The position numbers and the translations under genes were made by a program. Of a DNA stretch of 47,241 nucleotides, positions 20,306 through 28,520 are shown one piece after another. The notes under the pieces are model-generated. The model did not search any database. It was not told the DNA's origin and saw only the letters and a list, made by a program, of their open reading frames with translations. The first letter of the stretch is position 1, and each line of letters opens with the position of its first letter. Origin of the DNA: Candidatus Krumholzibacteriia bacterium (GTDB lineage: Bacteria > Krumholzibacteriota > Krumholzibacteriia > Krumholzibacteriales > Krumholzibacteriaceae); NCBI GenBank assembly GCA_025453655.1, contig JALOPX010000002.1:1-47241 (forward strand), given 5' to 3'.

Positions 20306-21445
20306 ATGGCTCTGGAAGGGAACGCCAAGGATTTCGGGCTCAGCGAGATTTTCCAGCTGATCTCGATACAGAAAAAATCGGGCATGCTCTCGGTCTCGGC
20401 CGACCAAAGCGCCGCGATATTCTTCCAGGACGGGATGATAATATCGACCCGCGACAGGAGAAACAGCTCCAACGATCCGCTGAAGGACTTTCTCGTAAGG
20501 TACGGCTTCATCGGCCGCCGGGAGATGGGCTCCATTCAGAAGATTCTCTCCGAATCGAGTTTCGACCTGACCGACATACTCCTGTCCGAGAGGTACTTCA
20601 ACGAGGACGAGCTCGTGACGATCTTCTCCGAGCAGATCTACGAATCGGTCCAGGAGGTGCTGAGCTGGCCGAAGAGCCAGTACAAGTTCATCATCGGCAG
20701 CAACGTCCTGACCGGCGTCAAATCGTACGCCTCGCTCAAGGTCGAGGCCGTCCTCATGGAAAGCTACAGGAGGATCGACGAGCTGCCCGAGATGCGTCGC
20801 ATCTTTTCCAGCGATGACATGACCTTCCGTCGCCTCGCAGGGCCGCAGGGGAAGAAAGCCTCCCTCGAGCACGGCGAGGAGACCATCTACGGGCTCCTCG
20901 AAGAGGAACGAAGCCTCGCATGGATAGTGTCCCACGCGAAACAGGCGCGTTTCTGCACATACGAGTCCCTGAAGCAGCTCCTGGAAAAAGGGCTTCTCGA
21001 ATTCAGCGAAGCCGCGCCGGCCGCCGAGGAGGAACCCGTATTCAAGGAAGAGGAAAAGGGAAAGGAATCGCCGGGCAGGCTGCTCCCGACCTTCGCCGCG
21101 TTTTTCATGCTGCTCGCCTCGTACGCGGCCGGCGAGTACGTTGTCCCGAGGCTTTCGCCTCCCGGATGGACGGCCCGCCGGGCGGACACGATCGAGGCCG
21201 GGCAGACGGCCGGCTCCGGCTCCCTCGCGACGGACATCGAAGAATTGAGGCTCAGGGCCCTCGAGTCCGCCATAAGGCAGGGGCTCGATGAGCATTTCGC
21301 ATCCCAGGGATCGTATCCGTTCACCCTGGAGGTTCTCGCCGTCCGCAGGATCCTCAGCGAAAAAGCGGTCGGCCTCGCGCAGCACGGCGGGATCAATTAC
21401 CGCATGGGCGAGGACGGCATGTCGTACGTTCTTTCCAGGAATTGA
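20306..21445 (+). CDS. DUF4388 (PatA N-terminal/PATAN-like) domain protein with one C-proximal TM helix and a pseudopilin-like C-terminal domain
   Basis: 379 aa, starting 20 nt after the upstream gene, with GAAAGGA before the ATG. The N-terminus GNAKDFGLSEIFQLISIQKKSGMLSVSADQSAAIFFQDGMIISTRD matches the DUF4388 pattern as I remember it (L.d..Q.....k.G.L.v.......i.f..G.i..A). The TM helix is LLPTFAAFFMLLASYAAGEYVV. The C-terminus LRLRALESAIRQGLDEHFASQGSYPFTLEVL...INYRMGEDGMSYVLS resembles GspG-type pseudopilin globular domains. Confidence 0.6.
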   Translation: MALEGNAKDFGLSEIFQLISIQKKSGMLSVSADQSAAIFFQDGMIISTRDRRNSSNDPLKDFLVRYGFIGRREMGSIQKILSESSFDLTDILLSERYFNEDELVTIFSEQIYESVQEVLSWPKSQYKFIIGSNVLTGVKSYASLKVEAVLMESYRRIDELPEMRRIFSSDDMTFRRLAGPQGKKASLEHGEETIYGLLEEERSLAWIVSHAKQARFCTYESLKQLLEKGLLEFSEAAPAAEEEPVFKEEEKGKESPGRLLPTFAAFFMLLASYAAGEYVVPRLSPPGWTARRADTIEAGQTAGSGSLATDIEELRLRALESAIRQGLDEHFASQGSYPFTLEVLAVRRILSEKAVGLAQHGGINYRMGEDGMSYVLSRN

Positions 21446-21456
21446 GCGGGGCCGGA

Positions 21457-22335
21457 TCAGCGGCGGGACGGGCCGTTCCTTCGCCGTGGAAGGCTCATTC
21501 CGGCGAAGGCGTTTATGCTCCTTCCCTTGACATCCTCGAACCAGAAGATCGCGCTTCCGGGCAGTTTGTTCAGGACAGACCTGCCGGTGTCTATCACCCA
21601 CACGCCCTCCCTGCGAAGCATGAAGGGGTCGACGGCGGTAATCTTACCCGGCGGATAAAGCGTGAAGGCCGCCTCGTACCCGGCCTTTCGGACCGCTTCG
21701 GCGACTCTCCGGTTGACGCGCCCGTAGGGATACGAAAAGCTCCTCGCCGGCCGCCCGGTCCTCTCCTCCATCGCCTTCTTCGACGCGGCCAGCTCCCGAT
21801 CGAGCTCGCCGGGCGGATATTTCGTGAGGTCCCTGTGGAATCCCGAGTGGGAGCCGAAGGTCACTCCCCCCGCGTCCGAGAGGCGCCTTATCTCCTCCCA
21901 GCTCATGTGCGCGGCCCTGCGGCCGGGGAGGGGAAGCTCCCAGGCGTTGTCCCGTCCCGCGTATTCCGTGACGACGAAGACGAGGGCCGGGATCTTCCTT
22001 TCGGCGAGCGCGGGGATCGCGTTGACCGAGAGCATCGCGTAGGCGTCGTCGAAGGTGAGGAGAATCTCGCCCGGATCGCGCTCCCTCGAGCCGCACAACG
22101 AGGCCAGAAATTCGTCCTCGCTTATGAACCTTCGCCCGGAATCGAGAAGACGGTCCATATGCCCGGCGAATCTCGCCGGCGTGATCCAGGTGCCGCCGAA
22201 TTCGAATCCGCCCACCTTGTGATAGGCGAGAACCGCGGGGAAGGGTCCGGGGGGTGATCCCCACCGGAGCTTCCAGATCGTGTAGAGAATGAATGCCGCC
22301 ACGGCGGCCGGGAGAAGGAGCAGGAGAATGGCCAT
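21457..22335 (-). CDS. Polysaccharide deacetylase (NodB-homology/CE4) with N-terminal membrane anchor
   Basis: 292 aa. N-terminal TM is MAILLLLLPAAVAAFILYTIW. CE4 motifs are LTFDDAY and GSHSGFH, with a YPYG region. Confidence 0.85.
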   Translation of the reverse strand: MAILLLLLPAAVAAFILYTIWKLRWGSPPGPFPAVLAYHKVGGFEFGGTWITPARFAGHMDRLLDSGRRFISEDEFLASLCGSRERDPGEILLTFDDAYAMLSVNAIPALAERKIPALVFVVTEYAGRDNAWELPLPGRRAAHMSWEEIRRLSDAGGVTFGSHSGFHRDLTKYPPGELDRELAASKKAMEERTGRPARSFSYPYGRVNRRVAEAVRKAGYEAAFTLYPPGKITAVDPFMLRREGVWVIDTGRSVLNKLPGSAIFWFEDVKGRSINAFAGMSLPRRRNGPSRR

Positions 22336-22339
22336 GCCG

Positions 22340-22783
22340 TCACCCCCGGCCGGTGTGCCCGAACCCTCCGTCTCCGCGGGCGGTCGGGTCGAGCTCGCCG
22401 GCGTCGACGATCTCCACCTCCGGAAGGCTGCAGAAGACTATCTGGGCGATCCTGTCGCCGCGCCGCACCACGAAGGGCGCGTCCCCGAAGTTGAAGAGTA
22501 TTATCCCGATCTCGCCCCTGTAATCGCTGTCTATCGTGCCGGGGCTGTTCAGTATGCCCACGCGGTCCTTCAGTGCGAGGCCGCTCCGCGGCCTGACCTG
22601 CCCCTCGAAACCCTCCGGTATCGACAGCTCCAGGCCGGTCGGGACGAGGGCCGATTTACCGGGAGGCACCACGAGATCCCGGCCCACCGCGGCATGGATG
22701 TCGAACCCGCTCGAGCCCGGGGTCATCCGCCTTACGGGCGGGAGCCCCTCGTGATGCGGAAGATATCTCGCAGAAACCTTCAT
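22340..22783 (-). CDS. dut: dUTP diphosphatase
   Basis: This is the C-terminal 147 aa of track ORF 22340..23848. ATG at 22781-22783 overlaps the upstream stop (ATGA). Motifs: GSSGFDI, RSGLA, GTIDSDYRGE, RIAQ and GGFGHTG. Confidence 0.93.
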   Translation of the reverse strand: MKVSARYLPHHEGLPPVRRMTPGSSGFDIHAAVGRDLVVPPGKSALVPTGLELSIPEGFEGQVRPRSGLALKDRVGILNSPGTIDSDYRGEIGIILFNFGDAPFVVRRGDRIAQIVFCSLPEVEIVDAGELDPTARGDGGFGHTGRG

Positions 22784-24084
22784 CGCCGCCCCCTTTCGCG
22801 CCTTCGGGACGCGACGGCCCCGCCGGGAACGAGCCCTTTCAGCGAACGGGGGCCGCATGTCGCGTAGGTGTGCATCTCCTCGTCGAAATACTCCCCGATG
22901 ACGCGCGCGACATCCCGCGCCCGGACCCTCTCGATCGCCCCGAGTATGCGCGGCATCGTCTGGTACTCTCCGTAGAAAACCTCGCTGTGAATGAGCCTGA
23001 AGAGCCTGCTTTCCACGCTCTCGACGCCGAAGATCACCGAGGCTTTGATCTGCGAGACCGCGCTTTCCAGCTCCCCCTTCGTGACCCCCCCGCGCCTCAG
23101 CTCGTCCATCACCTGCCTGTATATCCCGAGCGCCTTTTCGAGGTTTTTCGGGTCGACGGAGAAGTAGGTGGAAAAAGCGCCGGCGTCGGTGAAGAAACTG
23201 GCGCTCGAGAAAACCGAATAGGCGAGGCCGGCCTTTTCCCTGAGGCTCTGGAACATCCTCGACGACACCCCGCCCCCCAGGATGTTGGAAAAGACGATCA
23301 GGGGGAACCTGTCCGGGTGCGAAGCCGACGGGATCTTCACTCCGGCGCAGAGATGCGACTGCGTCCAGTCGGCCCTCGCGACCGAAGACCTTCTCCTGCC
23401 GGAGAAAACGGCGCGCCTTCTTCGGGCGCCGCGCGTCCCCGCGCGCCTGAAGACGAAAAGCCTGTCTATCTCCCTCGCCACCGCCGCGGCGGGAATATTC
23501 CCTATGAACGCGAATATCGCGTTCCCGGCCGTGTAGGTTTTTTCGTGAAAATCGAAAAGCCGCGCGCGCGTGCACGAAACCACGTCGCCTATCCGGCCCG
23601 CCACGGGGTAGCCGAGCTGGTCGGGGGCGAAGAGGCTGCTGTAAAAGAGCTCGAAGGCGACTTCCTCGGGGGTGTCCCTGACCGATCTGATCTCCTCCTG
23701 CACGACGCGCCGCTCCATGGAGAACGCGTCTGCGGGAAGGGACGGATCGAGCACGATGTCGGCGAGTATCTCGGCGAAGGTCCCGAAATGCTCCTCGAGG
23801 ACCTTCCCGTGGTAGCAGGTCGATTCCTTGCCGGTGAAGGCGTCCCACTGGCCGCCGATCGATTCGAGGTCTAGGGCGATGTCGAGGGCCGATCTTTTTC
23901 CCGTACCCCTGAAGACCATGTGCTCCAGAAGATGGGAAAGCCCTCTTTCGGAGGGCTTCTCGTCTCTCGATCCCCTGGATATCCAGACGCCGAACGCGAC
24001 CGTCGGGGAGACGGGATTGCGCTGGTGGAGAAGCGTGGCGCCGGAATCCAGCGTCACCTTCCGTGGTCGGGGCAGTTTCAACAT
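22780..24084 (-). CDS. M16 family (pitrilysin/insulinase-like) zinc peptidase
   Basis: 434 aa. The inverted zinc motif HxxEH is intact (GLSHLLEHMVFRGT), and the downstream E-rich region is present. Confidence 0.88.
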   Translation of the reverse strand: MLKLPRPRKVTLDSGATLLHQRNPVSPTVAFGVWISRGSRDEKPSERGLSHLLEHMVFRGTGKRSALDIALDLESIGGQWDAFTGKESTCYHGKVLEEHFGTFAEILADIVLDPSLPADAFSMERRVVQEEIRSVRDTPEEVAFELFYSSLFAPDQLGYPVAGRIGDVVSCTRARLFDFHEKTYTAGNAIFAFIGNIPAAAVAREIDRLFVFRRAGTRGARRRRAVFSGRRRSSVARADWTQSHLCAGVKIPSASHPDRFPLIVFSNILGGGVSSRMFQSLREKAGLAYSVFSSASFFTDAGAFSTYFSVDPKNLEKALGIYRQVMDELRRGGVTKGELESAVSQIKASVIFGVESVESRLFRLIHSEVFYGEYQTMPRILGAIERVRARDVARVIGEYFDEEMHTYATCGPRSLKGLVPGGAVASRRRERGRR

Positions 24085-24091
24085 ATGTCGG

Positions 24092-26164
24092 TTATAGAAG
24101 GACCTTCCGGCTGAGCCTTATCTTTCCTTCCTTGTCTATGCCGACGACCTTGACTTCCAGTTCCTGCCCGAGCGAAAGCACGTCCTCGACCTTGTTTATC
24201 CTCTTGGTGTCGATCTCCGATATGTGGAGAAGGCCGTCCTTCCCGGGCAGTATCTCCACGAAAGCGCCGAAGGTCACGATGCTCCTGACCGTGCCCTTGT
24301 ACACCTTGTCGAGCTCGGGTTCCGCCGTGATAAGGTTGATCATCTCCAGGGCCTTGTCCCCCGAAGCCTGGTCGACCGCGGCGATCGCCACCGTGCCGTC
24401 GTCGTCTATGTCTATCTTCGCGCCGGAGACATCCTGGATATGCCTTATCATCTTGCCCCCCGGGCCGATGATTTCGCGGATCTTGTCTACCGGTATCTTG
24501 ATCTGGACTATCTTCGGCGCGTATGGGGAAAGCTCGGCTCTCGGCTCGGCGAGCGTCTTCTCCATTATGTCGAGAATCTTGAGCCTCGCCCTGCGCGCCT
24601 GTTCGATCGCCTCCTCCATCACCTTCCTGGATATGCCCATCACCTTGACGTCCATCTGGAAACCGGTGATGCCTTCGCGCGTCCCGGTGACCTTGAAATC
24701 CATGTCCCCCAGATGATCCTCGATGCCGAGGATGTCGGTGAGGATCGCGTGCTTCCCGCCCTCCGTGATCATGCCCATGGCGACGCCGGCGACCGGCTTC
24801 GAGACCGGGACGCCCGCGTCCATCAGGGAAAGGCTTCCTCCGCAGACCGTCGCCATCGAGCTCGATCCGTTCGATTCCATGATGTCGGAGACGATCCTTA
24901 TCGTGTACGGGAAGGACTCGTCGCTCGGGATGATCGGCTGCAGCGATCTTTCCGCGAGAAAACCGTGGCCGATCTCCCTGCGGCCCGGGCCGCGGAAGAA
25001 TCCGACCTCACCCACGCTGAACGGGGGGAAATTGTAATGCAGCATGTATTTCTTCCAGGACTCGCCGTCGAGCCCGTCGATCCTCTGTTCGTCCTGGGAG
25101 GTTCCGAGGGTCGTCACCACGAGGCTCTGGGTCTCGCCGCGCGTGAACAGGGCGCTGCCGTGGGTCCTCGGAAGGACCCCGACCTCGCATGTGATGTCCC
25201 TGATCTCGTCGTATCCCCTGCCGTCGGTGCGTTTCTTCTCCTCGAGGATCATCTTCCTGACGACCTCGCGCTCGATGCCGCCCATGATCCCCTTGATCTC
25301 CCCGGCGGAATCGGGATACTCGGCGGAATATTTCTCCACCGCGCCTTCGATCACGCCGGCGAGTTCGTTCGCGCTGTTCATCTTTCCCTTAACGCGGCAC
25401 GCGTCGTATACGGCCTTCGCGTATTCGGCGGTCAGCTTTGCCTTCAATTCCGCGTTGACAGAGGGAGCCTTGAATTCCCTCTTGGGCGGGATTTTGCATT
25501 CGGCGAGGAATTCCCTCTGGAAGGCGTTGAGCTCCTTGATCCTGGCGTGCCCGAAATCGAGCGCCTCCATGATCCGGCCCTCCGATATCTCCTTCGCGCC
25601 CCCCTCGACCATTATGATGGCCTCGTCGGAACCGGCTATGACGAGCTCGAGGCCGCCGGTCTCCACTTCCTCGAAGGTCGGGTTGAGTATGAACTCGCCC
25701 TCCTTCATCCCCACCCTCACGCCGCTTATGATCCCGTTGAACGGTATGTCTGAAAGGTTGAGGGCGAGCGAGGCTCCGACTATACCCAGGACGTCGGCCT
25801 GGTGGGCCTGGTCGCTGCTGAGGACCGTCGCGGCGACCTGGACCTCCTGATTGAAACCCTCGGGGAAAAGCGGCCTGATCGGCCTGTCGATGAGCCTGCA
25901 GCTCAGGGTCTCCCTCTCGCTCGGCCTGCCCTCCCGCTTGAAGAATCCGCCGGGGATCTTTCCGGCGGCGTAGAATTTCTCCCTGTACTCGACGTAGAGG
26001 GGGAAGAAATCCTTGTCGCTTGCCGCTCCCTTCGAAGCGACGGCCGTCACCAGGACGGTCGTCCCTTCCTCGCCCACCAGGATGGCCCCGTCGGCCTGCT
26101 TGGCAATCCTTCCCGTTTCAAAGAGAAATTCGCTTCCGCCAAGACTTAGTTTTTTCCGAATCAT
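24092..26164 (-). CDS. pnp: Polyribonucleotide nucleotidyltransferase (PNPase)
   Basis: Track ORF 24092..26209 is trimmed to ATG 26162-26164 (MIRKKLSLGGSEFLFETGRIAKQADG), preceded by GGAGGAG. Has two RNase PH domains (GSSSMATVCGGSLSLMDAGVP), a KH domain (IGPGGKMIR) and an S1 domain (YKGTVRSIVTFGAFVEI). Confidence 0.96.
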   Translation of the reverse strand: MIRKKLSLGGSEFLFETGRIAKQADGAILVGEEGTTVLVTAVASKGAASDKDFFPLYVEYREKFYAAGKIPGGFFKREGRPSERETLSCRLIDRPIRPLFPEGFNQEVQVAATVLSSDQAHQADVLGIVGASLALNLSDIPFNGIISGVRVGMKEGEFILNPTFEEVETGGLELVIAGSDEAIIMVEGGAKEISEGRIMEALDFGHARIKELNAFQREFLAECKIPPKREFKAPSVNAELKAKLTAEYAKAVYDACRVKGKMNSANELAGVIEGAVEKYSAEYPDSAGEIKGIMGGIEREVVRKMILEEKKRTDGRGYDEIRDITCEVGVLPRTHGSALFTRGETQSLVVTTLGTSQDEQRIDGLDGESWKKYMLHYNFPPFSVGEVGFFRGPGRREIGHGFLAERSLQPIIPSDESFPYTIRIVSDIMESNGSSSMATVCGGSLSLMDAGVPVSKPVAGVAMGMITEGGKHAILTDILGIEDHLGDMDFKVTGTREGITGFQMDVKVMGISRKVMEEAIEQARRARLKILDIMEKTLAEPRAELSPYAPKIVQIKIPVDKIREIIGPGGKMIRHIQDVSGAKIDIDDDGTVAIAAVDQASGDKALEMINLITAEPELDKVYKGTVRSIVTFGAFVEILPGKDGLLHISEIDTKRINKVEDVLSLGQELEVKVVGIDKEGKIRLSRKVLL

Positions 26165-26254
26165 CCTTATATTCTCCTCCAATAAACGCCATGGGCGCGG
26201 GCAATGCAAGATGCGCCGATAGCCCTGTGTCTTCCGATAAATATCAGGGGCAGG

Positions 26255-26524
26255 TTATTTCCTGAGTTCCAGTTCCTTGATAAGGCTGCGATATTTATCG
26301 ATCCTGTTCTTCTTCAGATAATCAAGAAGTTTCCGCCTGCGTCCGACCATCTTGAGCAGTCCCCGCCTTGAAGCAAAATCCTTCTTGTGCAGCTTGAAAT
26401 GCTCGGTAAGGATGTTTATGCGTTGGGTGAGAAGAGCGATCTGAACCTCCGGCGAGCCGGAGTCAAGATCGTGGAGCCGGTGCTTTGTGATAACTTCCTT
26501 CTTCACTTCTTTCTGCAGCGCCAT
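26255..26524 (-). CDS. rpsO: 30S ribosomal protein S15
   Basis: This is the 89-aa C-terminal part of track ORF 26255..26638. ATG at 26522-26524 is preceded by AAGGAGG. Has [39 protein letters not shown]. Confidence 0.96.
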   Translation of the reverse strand: MALQKEVKKEVITKHRLHDLDSGSPEVQIALLTQRINILTEHFKLHKKDFASRRGLLKMVGRRRKLLDYLKKNRIDKYRSLIKELELRK

Positions 26525-26525
26525 C

Positions 26526-26561
26526 GTTATTACCTCCTTAATAACCCGTGTTGAAAAACAC
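26526..26561 (-). promoter_or_regulatory. rpsO 5' leader: two hairpins, the proximal one presenting or occluding the Shine-Dalgarno sequence
   Basis: Minus strand reads GTGTT-TTTC-AACAC, then GG, then GTTATTA-AGGAGG-TAATAAC, then G, then ATG. A perfect 7-bp inverted repeat brackets the SD exactly, 1 nt before the start codon. Confidence 0.45.
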
Positions 26562-26629
26562 GATGGCAGCAGAAGGGGCGCCATGCCCGATCCGCCTGAA
26601 AACTGCCGGAACATTGCGTGCAATGTATA

Positions 26630-26657
26630 AACATACACGACCTTCCGGGATTGTCAA
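26630..26657 (-). promoter_or_regulatory. Candidate sigma70-type promoter for rpsO-pnp (TTGACA-N16-TATGTT)
   Basis: Minus strand reads TTGACA (26652-26657, overlapping the ribF stop codon), a 16-nt spacer, then TATGTT (26630-26635), about 105 nt upstream of the rpsO ATG. Whether this organism uses the sigma70 consensus is unknown. Confidence 0.4.
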
Positions 26658-27598
26658 CACTTCTTTTCCAGAATGCGCCTCGCCGCCTCCCGGTCCAGGG
26701 CCAGCTGGGCCTCGAGCCCCTCCCTTCCCCCGAATTCGCGCTCCTCGCGGAGGTATTCGAGGCAGTGCGTCCTGACGCGGCTCCCGTAGAGGTCGCCTGA
26801 GAAATCGAAAAGATGCGCCTCTATCCTCCTCCCGGCGTCCGGTCCCATCGTCGGCGCCGAGCCGATGTTCATCATCCCTCCGAACTCGCCCCGGCCGGTC
26901 CCGACGCGGACAGCGTAGACCCCGCGCGGCGGGACGAGCTTGTCGCCATCGGGAATCGCCAGGTTGATCGTCGGGAACCCGATCGTCCTTCCAATCCCGC
27001 GGCCGCTCACCACGTCCGCGTCGAAGAAATAAGGCCTTGAAAGAAGCCTCTCGGCCCGGTGAAGCCTTCGTTCGAGAAGATTCTTCCTGATGCGCGTGCT
27101 GGAGACGGCGCTGCCGTTGACGACCACCGGCGGAACGACGGTGAAGGCGAATCCCTGCCGCTTCCCCTCGGCCGAGATGTGCTCCCGGTTCCCCTCCCTG
27201 CCGCGCCCGAGATGGAAATCGTAGCCGATCACGAGATGCTTCATCCCGAGCCGTTCCACGAGCCTTTTCGACAGGAACTCCCTGTAATCGGTCGCCGCGA
27301 GCTCCTTGTTGAAATCCTCTATGAGTATCAGGTCGATATCGAATTGCCTGAGTATGGAGATCTTCTCGTCGAGGGTGGTCAGAAGCCGGGGGCTCATCCC
27401 GGGGTGCGTCAGGGAAAGAGGGTGGCGGTTGAACGTTATGAGCACGGACCGGCCGAGGCCCGAGGCGGCCCTGGCCGAGCAAAGGGCGTCGATCACCCTC
27501 CGGTGCCCGACGTGAACGCCGTCGAACACGCCTATCGACACGGCGGAATCGCTGAAGGAACCGGGAAGGGGATCGTTCGATCTTATCACTTCAGCCAT
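26654..27598 (-). CDS. ribF: Bifunctional riboflavin kinase / FMN adenylyltransferase
   Basis: 314 aa. Has GVFDGVHVGHR and a C-terminal riboflavin kinase domain (PTINL, GVY, MNIG, ...EAHLFDF). Confidence 0.94.
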   Translation of the reverse strand: MAEVIRSNDPLPGSFSDSAVSIGVFDGVHVGHRRVIDALCSARAASGLGRSVLITFNRHPLSLTHPGMSPRLLTTLDEKISILRQFDIDLILIEDFNKELAATDYREFLSKRLVERLGMKHLVIGYDFHLGRGREGNREHISAEGKRQGFAFTVVPPVVVNGSAVSSTRIRKNLLERRLHRAERLLSRPYFFDADVVSGRGIGRTIGFPTINLAIPDGDKLVPPRGVYAVRVGTGRGEFGGMMNIGSAPTMGPDAGRRIEAHLFDFSGDLYGSRVRTHCLEYLREEREFGGREGLEAQLALDREAARRILEKKC

Positions 27599-27614
27599 TC
27601 AGGCCACCCGCCCG

Positions 27615-28520
27615 TCAACCGCTCGCAGCCGCGACGTTGAAGACCTTCTTCAGATGCAGTATCCCGGCGGCGCCCGTCTCGGCGATGGCGCCGAGTTCGC
27701 CGTCCGGCCTGATCAATCTCACGTACACCCCCGTTTGAGGGAAGGATTCCCGTATCCTCGGGGCTATGCCGTTCTCGAGGCCGCGCGCCTGAACGGCCGA
27801 AAGCTCGACCGCCGGGAAGTGGCCGAGAGCCTCCGAGAGCGAATATCCGGGTTTCTCCATTCCCGCGAGGGCGGCGAAATCGGTGTCCTTCACGGCGGAA
27901 TCCAGGTTGAAATGCCCCACTTCGGTCCTGACGAGGTTGTGAAGGCAGGCCGGGACCCCCAGCGCGTCCCCCATCTCCTCGGCGAGGACGCGGACGTACA
28001 TCCCCCTGGAGCAGCGGACCATTATCCTGAATATCGGAAGATCGCATCCGAGAAGCTCTATCTCGTGCGTGTCCACTTCGCGTGGAGCCCGGTCTATCTC
28101 CTGCCCCTTCCTCGCGAGGGCGTAAAGCGGCGTGCCCTTGTGCTTGAGGGCGGAGTACATCGGAGGCACCTGCATCCGGGTGCCGGTGAACCTCGGCAGC
28201 ATCTCCCTTATCTGTTCCTCCCCCACCCCGCCCCAGCCTGCCGACCTCAGCACCGTGCCGGTCGAATCCTGCGTGTCGGTCGCCTCCCCGAGCCTTACGT
28301 CGGCGATATATGTCTTGGGCAGCTCCATCAGATAATTCGAGAGTTTGGTCGCCGCGCCGGTCAGTATCAGGACGAGCCCCGTGGCGAGCGGATCGAGCGT
28401 CCCCGAATGCCCAACCTTGTCGGCGCGCACTGTTTTCCTGAAACGCCTTATCACGTCGTAGGTCGAAAGCCCGGTCGATTTGTCGACCGGAATGACGAGA
28501 TTGTCGAATCTATCCTTCAT
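27615..28520 (-). CDS. truB: tRNA pseudouridine(55) synthase
   Basis: Track ORF extends to 28562. I prefer ATG 28518-28520 (MKDRFDNLVIPVDKSTGLSTYDV), preceded by GGAGGGGA. The catalytic Asp motif is KVGHSGTLDPLATGLVLI. Confidence 0.92.
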   Translation of the reverse strand: MKDRFDNLVIPVDKSTGLSTYDVIRRFRKTVRADKVGHSGTLDPLATGLVLILTGAATKLSNYLMELPKTYIADVRLGEATDTQDSTGTVLRSAGWGGVGEEQIREMLPRFTGTRMQVPPMYSALKHKGTPLYALARKGQEIDRAPREVDTHEIELLGCDLPIFRIMVRCSRGMYVRVLAEEMGDALGVPACLHNLVRTEVGHFNLDSAVKDTDFAALAGMEKPGYSLSEALGHFPAVELSAVQARGLENGIAPRIRESFPQTGVYVRLIRPDGELGAIAETGAAGILHLKKVFNVAAASG

